From positions 1,673,600 through 1,737,599 of the forward strand of contig CBDDFZ010000001.1 of assembly GCA_965227515.1 (NCBI GenBank): 64,000 nucleotides of DNA, written 5' to 3'. Positions 28,489 through 38,159 of this stretch are shown here, in pieces; the first letter of the stretch is position 1; every line of letters starts with the position of its first letter. The notes under the pieces are model-generated. The model saw only the letters and a program-made list of their open reading frames with translations. It made no database searches and was not told the DNA's origin. The position numbers and the translations under genes are program-made. This DNA comes from Alphaproteobacteria bacterium (lineage in GTDB: Bacteria; Pseudomonadota; Alphaproteobacteria; CALKHQ01).

Positions 28489-29274
28489 TCACCGCCCTGC
28501 CGCGGTCTCGAGAAACGCTTCGAGCTTGGCCAGGAATTCGCGCGGTTTCTCGGCGTGGACCCAGTGGCCTGCGCCGTCGACGGTCTCCAGCGTTGCATGC
28601 GGGAACAGGCGGTCGATCGTTGGCCGGTGTCTCGGGCGGATGTAGTCGGACTGTCCGCCGCCGAGAAATAGCGTCGGCCCGTCGTAGGTCAGGTCCAGCA
28701 GGTGCTCGGGAAAGCCGCTCAGGGTGGGCAGGCCGGCGTCGAGCGCCGCCAGGTTGATGCGCCACGCGGTATTGCCGTCGTTGAAGACCAGGTTCTGCAG
28801 CAGGAAGGCGCGGATGGCCGGTTCGGGAATGGCTGCGCTCAGTTCGGCGTCCGCTTCCGACCGGCGGGTCACGCCGCTCAGGTCGATCCCCAGCATGGCC
28901 CGGGTGTAGGCCTGTAGCTTCGGCGCATAGGCGGTCGGCGCGATGTCGACCACCACCAGCGCCGCGACCCGCTCCGGATGCGCCAGCGCCAGGGCCATCG
29001 CGGTCTTGCCGCCGATGCTGTGTCCCACGACCACGGCCCGGTCGATCTGTTGCCGGTCAAGGAAGGCGCGCACGTCTTTGGCCATGGCGATATAGGCCAC
29101 GTCGTCGTCCCAGGGCGAGTCGCCGTGATTGCGCAGGTCGAGGGCATGGACGTGCCAGGCTTCGCCCAGGCGCTTGGCGATGCTGGTCCAGTTCCGTCCC
29201 GAGCCGAACAGGCCGTGCAGAAGGATCAGCGGCGGACCGTCTCCGTAGGACTGATGTGCGAGCGCGATTTCCAT
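28489..29274 (-). CDS. Alpha/beta hydrolase
   Basis: LILLHGLFGS and GHSIGG nucleophile-elbow motifs. 261 aa. Confidence 0.85.
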   Translation of the reverse strand: MEIALAHQSYGDGPPLILLHGLFGSGRNWTSIAKRLGEAWHVHALDLRNHGDSPWDDDVAYIAMAKDVRAFLDRQQIDRAVVVGHSIGGKTAMALALAHPERVAALVVVDIAPTAYAPKLQAYTRAMLGIDLSGVTRRSEADAELSAAIPEPAIRAFLLQNLVFNDGNTAWRINLAALDAGLPTLSGFPEHLLDLTYDGPTLFLGGGQSDYIRPRHRPTIDRLFPHATLETVDGAGHWVHAEKPREFLAKLEAFLETAAGR

Positions 29275-29310
29275 GGCCTCAACTGTGCGATGCGGCGGCG
29301 ATGTGCCAGC

Positions 29311-30402
29311 TTACTGCCGTGCGGCAGTGTCGAGCTGGACGTAGTCCGACCCATCGGGTGGGCCGTCGGTGAGGTAGGCGGTGCCCGCGCTCAGGTCCAT
29401 GATCACCGAGAACACGGTCTGCAGGCGCTTGCCCTCCGGGTCCCGCGGGTCCTCCCGGCGGCTGATGGCATCCGGCCCATTCGACTTGTCGCGCAGCACC
29501 TCCATGCACGCCTCGACGTCGATGCGGCCGTGCCGCTCAGCCAATAGGCGCCTGACCCGCGCCAGCCGCGGATAGCTGTCGGGCAGCACCTGCTTGCCCA
29601 GGTCGCGGACTTGCCCCAGGCGCAGGCTGCATACGTGGTTGGTATGGCAGAGCAGATCCTGCTCGGGCAGCAGGACGTCGAAGTCGCCGGGGGTGGCTTC
29701 GATATCGACCGCCTCGGCACCGGCCTGGGCGACCAGATAGTTGGCGGCCGAGGCGACCGGCCCGCCCGCGACCTGCTCGATGGCGTCGCCCAGGTTCCGC
29801 GCCTCCAGGATGCGCCGCAGCACGACATGCAGCGGCACGCCGTCGGCGCGCATCTGGTCGGTGACCAGCGCATTCAGGCACACGCCCAGTCCGGCCGCAT
29901 TGAACCCGATCTTGCCGATGATGCCGCCCTCGGTGAGCATGGTGAGCGACGGGCCGTCCTCCCGCTCGATCGCCACCACCACGAAGGCGTCGCGCTGTGA
30001 GGCGCGCCAGTCCCAGTTCTGGCACAGCAGCACGTTGCCGTTGGCGGTCGCGGCGCCGAACGCGGCAAACGCCGTGCAGCCGTCGACCAGCCGCGCGGAC
30101 AGCGCGATCTCCGAGCGCGCGTTGAGCGCCAGGATATCCTCCAGCGCCACCCCGCTGCCCTCCGCCATCCCCTTGATCTCGGCCATCAGGTCCGGCGCAT
30201 AGCGCTCGATCGAGGCGGCATAGGCTGCCCCCATGCGTTGCGCTTCCGGCCAGTCGATGCCGACGAAGTCGCGAAACAGGCGCTCATAGGTCCGCAGGGA
30301 CGCCGCAACCTGTTCGGCGGCCGCGGTACCGATGGCGGCACCGCGCGCGGCCGGATCGGTTTCGCTGCAGCGCACGACGGGAAACGGGAAGTTGGTGGAC
30401 AT
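29311..30402 (-). CDS. C45-family peptidase / acyl-CoA:6-APA acyltransferase-like protein
   Basis: ORF 29311..30459 trimmed to ATG 30402 (GAGGA SD). VDGCTAFAA self-processing Cys motif. Confidence 0.75.
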   Translation of the reverse strand: MSTNFPFPVVRCSETDPAARGAAIGTAAAEQVAASLRTYERLFRDFVGIDWPEAQRMGAAYAASIERYAPDLMAEIKGMAEGSGVALEDILALNARSEIALSARLVDGCTAFAAFGAATANGNVLLCQNWDWRASQRDAFVVVAIEREDGPSLTMLTEGGIIGKIGFNAAGLGVCLNALVTDQMRADGVPLHVVLRRILEARNLGDAIEQVAGGPVASAANYLVAQAGAEAVDIEATPGDFDVLLPEQDLLCHTNHVCSLRLGQVRDLGKQVLPDSYPRLARVRRLLAERHGRIDVEACMEVLRDKSNGPDAISRREDPRDPEGKRLQTVFSVIMDLSAGTAYLTDGPPDGSDYVQLDTAARQ

Positions 30403-30683
30403 CGAACCCATCCTCGGCTGTCGTTGGCTGCAACCTATGCGGTGGACACGGTGGCCCATGTATTGGCACAGGCATTCTGCCCGGGCGCGAGGAGGTTAGC
30501 GCATTTTTGCTGGCTTTGGGTTGCCGTCACGCGCGACCGGCCTGGTGCCCCTGCAGCAAAACCTCTGACCCGGGTCTGGTCGTGCGTTGGCCATGCCGGG
30601 CGGCATGGCCATGGGTCCTGGGTTCTGGATCGGGATCAGCCTGCGCCAGCGTGCGCCCGTTTTCCCGCGTGCCTTTACGGCAT

Positions 30684-30744
30684 CCGGCCGCCCAGCGACT
30701 TTGACGTTGCGGGGCGGCCGGGCAGGGGAGGGGCCGGTGCGGAC
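30684..30744. repeat. Degenerate REP-like element (truncated left arm)
   Basis: CCGGCCGCCC ... GGGGCGGCCGGGCAGGGGAGGGGCCGGTGCGGAC resembles the right arm of the 5527 and 18608 elements. Confidence 0.5.
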
Positions 30745-30760
30745 TTAGCCGGCCATGCGG

Positions 30761-31750
30761 TTAGCGGTTATCGAACAACTGCTCGACCAGGTATTCGTAG
30801 TTCTGCGCATTGTCGAGCGCGTCGTCCGGGTTGGTGCGGGCCAGCATCTCCATCTCGGAGATCGCATAGACCTCTTCGCCATGGTGGTTGGTGTAGCAAG
30901 CCTCAAGGCGCGGGGTCATGTGCGCCAGCTCGTGCACCACGGTGCCCATCTGGCTGTCCCACCCGCCGACCAGGGCGGCCTGGAAGAAGGCGGCGCCGAA
31001 CGTCAGCTCGCCGCGGCCCTGCATGCCGCACCAGGTGTAGGCGAACAGCGGGTTGTTGGGCTCGCACTTCGCGACGATCGGGTCGGCACCGGCCGACAGG
31101 CGATCCTCGATGTACTTCAGGTTCTGCGCCACCTCGAACCGGCTGGTCTCGTCGCCGAACCAGCGCTCGACCACATCGTCCTCGTAGGTGCCGATGGTCA
31201 GGCCCGACAGGCGGTCGCCGGTCTCGGCCAGCGCTTGCAGCGCCATCGCGACGGCCTGCTCGATGTCCTTGCGTTCCTCGGCGGAGCAGCCTTCGAACTC
31301 CAGCGCCACGTGCTCGTAGTCGAACGCGGCCGACACGGCCGCCGGGCCGGTCGCGACCGGAACGACGTCACCCTGGCCGAAGCCACCGCCATTGCCCTGG
31401 CCGTCCGAGCCACCGACTGCGACGAAGCCGTCGTCGCCGTTCTCGGCCACCACCGGCTGGTTGTTGCCCACCGGGGTGAAGCCAACGATCTCGGGCGCGC
31501 CGCCGCCATTGCCGACTGGCACGAACGCGTCGTTGCCGAAACCCGGCTGGCCGGCGTTCTCGACGGCCGGGCCAACGGTGTTGATCACGTTGCCATTGCC
31601 GTCGATCACGTTGACGATGTTCTGCGCCATCGCCGGCACGACGCCGGCCAGGATGGTGCCTGCGATCACGGCCGCACCGATGGAGGTGCGCTTGGCGCGG
31701 CCCATGGCCGGCGCGCGATGCTCGGTTGCATTCTTGGTCTGGTTGGTCAT
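30761..31750 (-). CDS. Secreted M35-like (Asp-zincin, peptidyl-Lys type) metallopeptidase
   Basis: ORF 30761..31759 trimmed to ATG 31750 (AAGGTGG SD). Signal/TM segment, a Gly/Asn-rich spacer, a VVHELAHM zinc motif and NAQNYEYLV near the C-terminus. Confidence 0.65.
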   Translation of the reverse strand: MTNQTKNATEHRAPAMGRAKRTSIGAAVIAGTILAGVVPAMAQNIVNVIDGNGNVINTVGPAVENAGQPGFGNDAFVPVGNGGGAPEIVGFTPVGNNQPVVAENGDDGFVAVGGSDGQGNGGGFGQGDVVPVATGPAAVSAAFDYEHVALEFEGCSAEERKDIEQAVAMALQALAETGDRLSGLTIGTYEDDVVERWFGDETSRFEVAQNLKYIEDRLSAGADPIVAKCEPNNPLFAYTWCGMQGRGELTFGAAFFQAALVGGWDSQMGTVVHELAHMTPRLEACYTNHHGEEVYAISEMEMLARTNPDDALDNAQNYEYLVEQLFDNR

Positions 31751-31903
31751 GGTTGCCACCTTGCGCTTGAGTGTTGGTGCAGCGCCCTTTGGCGCCGCTG
31801 TTGAGACCGAGATGGCGACGGTCGCGGGCCGGACCTGTGAACTGGGTCACCGGTGCGGGTGGAAATGCGTTAGGGTGCCGCAAAACGGCGTGCGGGTTTG
31901 GCG

Positions 31904-33409
31904 ATGAGTCGGATATTTGCGTGGGGTGCCCGGACGGCGCGGGCCAGAGTGGGCGTGCCAGTGGCGACGCTCGCGATGGCGATGCTCGCTTTGGCGGCGG
32001 TCTCGTGGTCGGGCCAGGCGAACGGCGACTGGATGCCGGAAGCTCGGCCGGAGCTGCGCGTGCCGCAGAGTGCGGCCGAGATGCAGCTCTCGTTCGCGCC
32101 GCTGGTGCAGTACGCCGCGCCGGCGGTGGTCAACATCCTGACCATCGTCAATGTGGCGGGCAGCGACCTGGGGCCGTCGCGGCTGTTCAACGACCCGTTC
32201 TTCCGGGAGTTCTTCCAGGGCTTCCCAGGCGGCCCGCCGGGCCCGTCCATGCCGCGTCAGGAGCTGTCGTCGCTGGGCTCCGGCGTCATTCTCACGCCCG
32301 ACGGTGTGATGGTGACCAACTATCACGTCATCGAGCGGGCGGACGCCATCCGGGTCGTGCTGGCGGACCGCCGCGAATTCGAGGCCGAGATTCTGGGCGT
32401 CGACCGGGCAACCGATCTGGCGGTGCTGAGGATCGGCATCGAGGCGGAGTCGCTGCAGTATCTGGAGCTGGGCGACAGCGATGAGATTCTGGTCGGCGAC
32501 CTGGTGCTTGCCATCGGCAACCCGTTCGGCGTCGGCCAGACCGTCACCAGCGGCATCGTCTCCGCGCTGGCCCGCACCGAGATCGGCGTCTCCGACTACA
32601 GCTTCTTCATCCAGACCGATGCCCCCATCAACCCCGGCAACTCCGGCGGCGCGCTGGTCGGCATGGATGGGCGGGTGATCGGCATCAACACCGCCATCTA
32701 TTCCGAAAGCGGCGGCTCCCACGGCATCGGGTTCGCGGTGCCGGCCAACATGGTGCGCACTGTCGTCGGCGCGGTGCTGGAGCATGGGCGCGTGGTGCGG
32801 CCGTGGCTGGGTGCGGAAATGGAGGAAGTCACGACGGAGCTCGCCGTCGTGCTCGGCCTCGCGCGGCCCTATGGCGCGCTGCTGGTGGACATCGCGCCCA
32901 ACGGTCCGGCGATCGACGCCGGCCTACGGCCGGGCGACGTGGTGCTGGCGATCGAGGGCCACGACCTGGAGAACACCAATGCGCTCAGGTTCCGCGTCGG
33001 CACCTATCCGGCCGGCACCGAGGTGGAACTGACCGTGCTGCGCGACCAGGAGGTGATCGCGGTCCCGGTCACGCTGCAGGACCCGCCCAGCGTGGCGGCG
33101 ATGGCCCAGGCACTGCGCCTGGCCGGCCCGCATCCGCTGAACGGTGCCTCGGTGACCGATATGACCGCCGACCTGGCGGCGGAGTTCGCGCTGGGCGACC
33201 TGCGCATCGGCGCCTTCGTCACGGCGGTGGCGGACGGCACCGCCAGCCGGCAGATCGGCCTGCGTCCGGGCGACATCGTGGTCGGCATCAATGGCGTCGA
33301 GGTGGCCAATGTCGAGGCGCTGGAAGCGATGCTGGCCCGCCCGCAGCCGCTGTGGCGGGTCTCGGTGCTGCGCAATGGCGTGATCCTCAGCGTCACCGTG
33401 CGCGGCTAG
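31904..33409 (+). CDS. Do/DegQ-family periplasmic serine endoprotease with two PDZ domains
   Basis: GSGVILTPDGVMVTNYHV, TDLAVLRI and NPGNSGGALV catalytic-triad contexts. ATG 31904 (TTG at 31898 is possible). Confidence 0.9.
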   Translation: MSRIFAWGARTARARVGVPVATLAMAMLALAAVSWSGQANGDWMPEARPELRVPQSAAEMQLSFAPLVQYAAPAVVNILTIVNVAGSDLGPSRLFNDPFFREFFQGFPGGPPGPSMPRQELSSLGSGVILTPDGVMVTNYHVIERADAIRVVLADRREFEAEILGVDRATDLAVLRIGIEAESLQYLELGDSDEILVGDLVLAIGNPFGVGQTVTSGIVSALARTEIGVSDYSFFIQTDAPINPGNSGGALVGMDGRVIGINTAIYSESGGSHGIGFAVPANMVRTVVGAVLEHGRVVRPWLGAEMEEVTTELAVVLGLARPYGALLVDIAPNGPAIDAGLRPGDVVLAIEGHDLENTNALRFRVGTYPAGTEVELTVLRDQEVIAVPVTLQDPPSVAAMAQALRLAGPHPLNGASVTDMTADLAAEFALGDLRIGAFVTAVADGTASRQIGLRPGDIVVGINGVEVANVEALEAMLARPQPLWRVSVLRNGVILSVTVRG

Positions 33410-33427
33410 GGCGCTCGGACCCACGCA

Positions 33428-34804
33428 ATGGCGACGCTGTTCGAAGCCCAGGCGCCACGGCCGCTGGCCGACCGGCTGCGGCCGGAGACCCTGGCCGAGG
33501 TAGTCGGCCAGGAGCATGTGCTGGGGCCGGAGTCGCCGCTGGGCCGCATGGTGGCGGGCAAGCGCCTCAGCTCGCTGGTGCTGTGGGGGCCGCCGGGCTG
33601 TGGCAAGACCACGATCGCGCGCCTGCTGGCCGATGCCATCGGCATCGCGTTCGAGCCGTTGTCGGCCGTGTTCTCCGGCGTCGCCGACCTGCGCAAGGTG
33701 TTCGAGCGCGCCCGCGCCCGGCGCGACGGCGGCGAGGGCACGCTGCTGTTCGTCGACGAGATCCACCGCTTCAACCGCGCCCAGCAGGACGGGTTCCTGC
33801 CCTATGTGGAGGACGGCACCGTCACCCTGGTTGGCGCCACCACGGAAAACCCGTCGTTCGAGCTGAACGCGGCGCTGTTGTCGCGGCTGCAGGTGTTCGT
33901 GCTGCGCCGGCTGGACGATGCGGCGCTGGAAACCCTGCTCGCCCGCGCCGAGGAGATCGAGGGCCGACCGCTGCCGGTGGCCGACGAGGCGCGCCCGGCG
34001 CTGCGCGCGATGGCCGACGGCGACGGCCGCACCCTCCTCAACATGGCGGAGGAGCTGTTTGCGCTGCCGCCCGGCCAGAAGCCATTGACCGCCGCCGACC
34101 TGCCGAGCGTGGTGCAGCGCCGCGCGCCGGTCTACGACAAGGCGCAGGAGAGCCACTACAACCTGATCTCCGCCCTGCACAAGAGCCTGCGCGGCTCCGA
34201 CGTCGATGCCGCGCTCTACTGGTGCGCGCGGATGCTGGATGGCGGCGAGGACCCGCGCTACATCGCCCGCCGGCTGCTGCGCTTCGCCTATGAGGACATC
34301 GGCATGGCCGACCCGCAGGCCGCGGTGCAGGCGCTGAACGCCTGGGAGACCTATGAGCGCCTGGGCACGCCAGAGGGCGAGCTCGCCATCGCGCAGTCGG
34401 TGATCTATCTGGCGACGGCGCCGAAATCGAACGCGGCCTACAAGGCGGAGAAGGCGGCGCGGGCCAGCGCGCGCGAAACCGGCTCGCTGATGCCGCCGAT
34501 GCACATTCTGAACGCGCCGACCCGGCTGATGAAGGACATCGGCTACGGCAAGGGCTATGCCTACGACCACGACCAGGAGGATGCATTCTCCGGCCAGAAC
34601 TACTTCCCCGACGGCATGGCGCGGCGGGAGCTCTACCGGCCGGTATCGCGCGGGTTCGAGCGCGAGATCGAGAAACGGCTGGCCTATTGGGCGCGCAAGC
34701 GGGCGGAACGCGCCGCCGCCGAGGGCGATGGCCCCTCCGGTGCCTCTGCCGATGCCCCTGGCGCCGCACCTGCTGGCAGCCCCGACCAGGACGCCGCAGA
34801 GTGA
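33428..34804 (+). CDS. rarA: Replication-associated recombination protein A
   Basis: LWGPPGCGKTT Walker A, LLFVDEIHRFN, and the MgsA C-terminal YDKAQESHYNLISALHKSLRGSD. Confidence 0.95.
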   Translation: MATLFEAQAPRPLADRLRPETLAEVVGQEHVLGPESPLGRMVAGKRLSSLVLWGPPGCGKTTIARLLADAIGIAFEPLSAVFSGVADLRKVFERARARRDGGEGTLLFVDEIHRFNRAQQDGFLPYVEDGTVTLVGATTENPSFELNAALLSRLQVFVLRRLDDAALETLLARAEEIEGRPLPVADEARPALRAMADGDGRTLLNMAEELFALPPGQKPLTAADLPSVVQRRAPVYDKAQESHYNLISALHKSLRGSDVDAALYWCARMLDGGEDPRYIARRLLRFAYEDIGMADPQAAVQALNAWETYERLGTPEGELAIAQSVIYLATAPKSNAAYKAEKAARASARETGSLMPPMHILNAPTRLMKDIGYGKGYAYDHDQEDAFSGQNYFPDGMARRELYRPVSRGFEREIEKRLAYWARKRAERAAAEGDGPSGASADAPGAAPAGSPDQDAAE

Positions 34805-34821
34805 GAGCGGCGGGCTCAGCC

Positions 34822-35050
34822 GCCTTGCCCCTCTCCCATTTCGGGAGAGGGAGGGGCCCGCGAGCCGAAGGCTCGTGGGAGGGTGAGGGCCGGCACGATC
34901 GATCGCGATCACTCAGCATTTCGGCGCGCGCCAAAGATATCGACTGGCGTCAAGGCGACTGCGCCGGCTCCGCGGCTTCGCCACGGCCCTCACCCTCCCG
35001 GCGCTGGACGCGCCGGGTCCCTCCCTCTCCCGAAATGGGAGAGGGGATCA
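34822..35050. repeat. 229-bp element with ~70-nt inverted arms, each containing nested hairpins
   Basis: 34822-34893 is nearly the reverse complement of 34979-35050 (CCCCTCTCCCATTTCGGGAGAGGGAGGG...GGGAGGGTGAGGGCCG). Confidence 0.75.
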
Positions 35051-35087
35051 AAGCGCGCCGCATTGATGCGCGGGCGAGTGAACTCGT

Positions 35088-35474
35088 ATGTCCGGACTGA
35101 CCATCCTGGCGGTGGCGGCGGGGGGGGCGGTCGGCGCGGTGGCGCGCTATCTGGTGGCGACCGGGGCGACCCACCTGTTCGGCCTTGGCTTCCCGTACGG
35201 CACCCTGATCGTCAATGTCGTCGGCTCGTTCGTCCTCGGCTGCCTTGCCGAGGCGATGGCGCTGGTCTGGACGCCGTCGCGCGAGCTGCGCGCTTTCCTG
35301 GTGGTCGGCATGCTGGGCGCGTTCACCACCTTCTCGACCTTCTCGCTGGACAGCGTCGCCCTGTTCGAGCGCCGCGAATACGTGTCGGCGGGCCTCTACG
35401 TGGTGATCTCGGTGGTGGTGTCCATCGCTGCCCTGGTCGCCGGCATGCGGCTGATGCGCGTGGTGCTGCCATGA
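35088..35474 (+). CDS. crcB: Fluoride channel CrcB
   Basis: 128 aa with four TM segments. GAVARY...FPYGTLIVNVVGSF motif. Confidence 0.9.
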   Translation: MSGLTILAVAAGGAVGAVARYLVATGATHLFGLGFPYGTLIVNVVGSFVLGCLAEAMALVWTPSRELRAFLVVGMLGAFTTFSTFSLDSVALFERREYVSAGLYVVISVVVSIAALVAGMRLMRVVLP

Positions 35475-36436
35475 GCGGCGTGGAACTCTTGGACGTTGCG
35501 GCCGACGACGACGACGTGCGGCTGGACCGGTGGTGCAAGCGCCACCTTCCCGGTGTGCCCCATGGCCGGCTGGAGAAGCTGTTGCGCACCGGCCAGATCA
35601 GGGTCGACGGCAAGCGCGCCAAGGGCAACCTGCGCCTACGCGCCGGCCAGCAGGTGCGCCTGCCGCCCGTACCCACGGCCAAGACGGACGGGGCGCCTGC
35701 GCCGCAACGCCAGGAGGTGACGCCCGATATGGTCCGCGAGGTGCGCGCGATGGTGCGCCATCGCGACGACGCCATCATCGTGATCGACAAGCCGGCCGGG
35801 TTGGCGGTGCAGGGCGGCAGCGGCACCCACCGGCACCTGGACGGCATGTTGGACGCGCTGAAGTTCGACGCGCCCGAGCGGCCGCGGCTGGTCCACCGGC
35901 TGGACAAGGACACCAGCGGCGTTCTGGTGCTGGCGCGCTCGGCCAGCGTCGCCCGCGCGCTCGCGCGCACCTTCCAGACCCGCGATGTCGACAAGACCTA
36001 TTGGGCGCTGGTCGCCGGCATGCCCCCGTCGGATGAAGGCACCATCAACATGGCGTTGGGAAAGCAGCCGGGCAGCGGCGGCGAGAAGATGGGGCCGGAC
36101 GCGCCGGACGCCAAGCCGGCGGTCACGGAGTTCCGGGTGATCGACCGGGCCGGCGCGCGGGTTGCCTGGCTGGAGCTGAAGCCGGTGACCGGCCGCACCC
36201 ACCAGCTGCGCGCGCACTGCGCCTTCACCGGCATGCCAATCCTGGGCGACGGCAAGTATGGTGGCGCGGACGCATTTGTCGGTCCGGAACAGGTGGCGCG
36301 CCGGCTGCACCTGCACGCGCGCGCCATTGCGCTGCCGCACCCCGCCGGCCACCGGTTGCGTGTGACCGCGCCGCTGCCCGCGCACATGAAGGCCAGCTTC
36401 GACTTTTTCGAATTCGACCCGAAGGACGCCGAATGA
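35471..36436 (+). CDS. RluA/RluC-family 23S rRNA pseudouridine synthase with S4 domain
   Basis: The ATG overlaps the crcB stop (ATGA). HRLDKDTSGVLVLA catalytic motif. Confidence 0.9.
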   Translation: MSGVELLDVAADDDDVRLDRWCKRHLPGVPHGRLEKLLRTGQIRVDGKRAKGNLRLRAGQQVRLPPVPTAKTDGAPAPQRQEVTPDMVREVRAMVRHRDDAIIVIDKPAGLAVQGGSGTHRHLDGMLDALKFDAPERPRLVHRLDKDTSGVLVLARSASVARALARTFQTRDVDKTYWALVAGMPPSDEGTINMALGKQPGSGGEKMGPDAPDAKPAVTEFRVIDRAGARVAWLELKPVTGRTHQLRAHCAFTGMPILGDGKYGGADAFVGPEQVARRLHLHARAIALPHPAGHRLRVTAPLPAHMKASFDFFEFDPKDAE

Positions 36437-36445
36437 CCGAGAACA

Positions 36446-37123
36446 ATGAGCGATAGACTGCGCCTGGCGCTGTTCGACTGCGACGGCACGCTGATCGACA
36501 GCCAGCGGACCATCCTGACGTCGATGGCGGCAGCTTTCGACAGTGTCGGCCATCCACCGCCGGACCTCGCCGCGATCAGGACCGTCATCGGGCTGTCGCT
36601 GGCCGAGGCCATCGTGCAACTGCTGGGCGATGCCGCCGCGCCGGGCACGGTTTCGGCGGCCGAAGACGCCTATTACGCGGCGTTCGACCGTTGTCACGCC
36701 GACCCCAACATGATCGAGCCGATGTACGACGGCATGGCCGACGTGCTGGACTGGCTGGATGATGGCGGGTGGTTGCTGGGGGTCGCGACAGGCAAGACCC
36801 ACGCCGGTTTGCTGGCGACCCTGCGGCGGCATGGGCTGGTCGAGCGGTTCCAAACCTTGCAGACCGCCGACCGGGCGGCGGGCAAGCCGAGCCCCGATAT
36901 GGTCTATCGCGCGACCCGCGATTGCGGCGTCGATCCCGCCGACACCGTGGTCATCGGCGACACCACATTCGACATGATGATGGCGCGTAATGCCGGCGCC
37001 CGGCGCATCGGCGTAAGTTGGGGCTATCACGACGTCGACGACCTGCACGCGGCCGGCGCCGATACCGTCGTGACCTCTTGTGCCGAACTGCCGGAGGCCT
37101 TGGCCGCAGTGCTGGATCGGTAG
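36446..37123 (+). CDS. HAD-family hydrolase (phosphoglycolate phosphatase-like)
   Basis: LFDCDGTLIDS DxDxT motif and VVIGDTTFDMMMA motif IV. Confidence 0.85.
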   Translation: MSDRLRLALFDCDGTLIDSQRTILTSMAAAFDSVGHPPPDLAAIRTVIGLSLAEAIVQLLGDAAAPGTVSAAEDAYYAAFDRCHADPNMIEPMYDGMADVLDWLDDGGWLLGVATGKTHAGLLATLRRHGLVERFQTLQTADRAAGKPSPDMVYRATRDCGVDPADTVVIGDTTFDMMMARNAGARRIGVSWGYHDVDDLHAAGADTVVTSCAELPEALAAVLDR

Positions 37124-37127
37124 GGCA

Positions 37128-37829
37128 ATGAAGCGGTTCTACAAGCAGGCCGCCTACGAGACGCGCGACGACGGCCTGGTCATCGCGCTCGACGGCCGCC
37201 CGATCCGCACGCCGGCAGCACGTCCCTTGACGGTGCCGACGCCCGAGATGGCCGATGCCATCGTGGCCGAATGGAACGGCCAGGGCGATGAGGTCGACCT
37301 GAATGCGATGCCGATCACCCGGCTCGCCGGCACCGGCATCGATCTCGTCGCGTCGCGCCGCGACGAAATTCGAGCCGAACTGGTGCGCTACGCAACCACC
37401 GATCTGCTGTGCTATCGCGCCGACACGCCGGAGGCACTGGCCATGCGCCAGGCCGCGCTGTGGCAGCCGGTGCTGGACTGGCTGGACGAACGCCACGGCA
37501 TCGTGCTGTCGATCACCTTCGGGGTGGCGCCCATCGAGCAGGCCCCGGCGGCGCTGGAGGCGCTGGACCGGCTGCTGGTGCCGTGCGGGCCGATGCAGCT
37601 CACCGGGATGCGCACGCTGACCGGCGGTCTTGGCTCGCTGGTGCTGGCGCTGGCGGTCTGGCAGCGTCATGTGGATATCGAGGCGGCCTGGACCGCGTGC
37701 CAGATCGACGAGACGTTCCAGGCCGAGCAATGGGGCGAGGATGCGGAGGCGACGGCGCGCCGCGAAGCTTTGCGCGAGGACGTGCTGACATCGGCGCGGT
37801 TCCTGGAGCTTGCCGGCGATGACGGCTGA
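37128..37829 (+). CDS. ATP12-family F1-ATPase assembly chaperone
   Basis: ORF 37080..37829 trimmed to ATG 37128. MKRFYKQAAY...LDGRPIRTPA...AEWNGQ pattern. Confidence 0.8.
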   Translation: MKRFYKQAAYETRDDGLVIALDGRPIRTPAARPLTVPTPEMADAIVAEWNGQGDEVDLNAMPITRLAGTGIDLVASRRDEIRAELVRYATTDLLCYRADTPEALAMRQAALWQPVLDWLDERHGIVLSITFGVAPIEQAPAALEALDRLLVPCGPMQLTGMRTLTGGLGSLVLALAVWQRHVDIEAAWTACQIDETFQAEQWGEDAEATARREALREDVLTSARFLELAGDDG

Positions 37830-38139
37830 GACCGATGCCAGCGGCGGGACAATCGCCCGCCATGTGGTGATCTCCGGGCGGGTGCAGGGTGTCTGGTATC
37901 GCGGCTGGACCGTGGGCGAGGCCACCCGCGCCGGGCTGAAGGGCTGGGTGCGCAACCGACGCGACGGCGCGGTGGAAGCCGTGTTCGTCGGCCCGGCGAC
38001 AGCCGTCGACGCGATGATAGCCGCGTGCCGGAACGGCCCTCCTTCGGCGCGGGTCGACGATGTGGCGGTCAGCGATGCGACGCCGGACATGACCGCCGGC
38101 CTGGCGCCGGATTTCGAGCAGCGGCCCACGGTTAGGTAG
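37819..38139 (+). CDS. acyP: Acylphosphatase
   Basis: VISGRVQGVWYRGWT and GWVRNRRDGAVEAV signatures. ATG 37819 overlaps the preceding gene by 11 nt. Confidence 0.85.
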   Translation: MTAETDASGGTIARHVVISGRVQGVWYRGWTVGEATRAGLKGWVRNRRDGAVEAVFVGPATAVDAMIAACRNGPPSARVDDVAVSDATPDMTAGLAPDFEQRPTVR

Positions 38140-38159
38140 TTTCGGCTTGGAGGCATGAG

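Noticed and set aside
34990-35087. Possible fluoride riboswitch upstream of crcB.
   Set aside because: The upstream sequence is the right arm of the 229-bp inverted-repeat element. I could not find the conserved crcB-motif features (a GGNGAUGG-type 5' segment, an AACCGCC core and a CUGAUGAU segment). An Infernal scan would be decisive.
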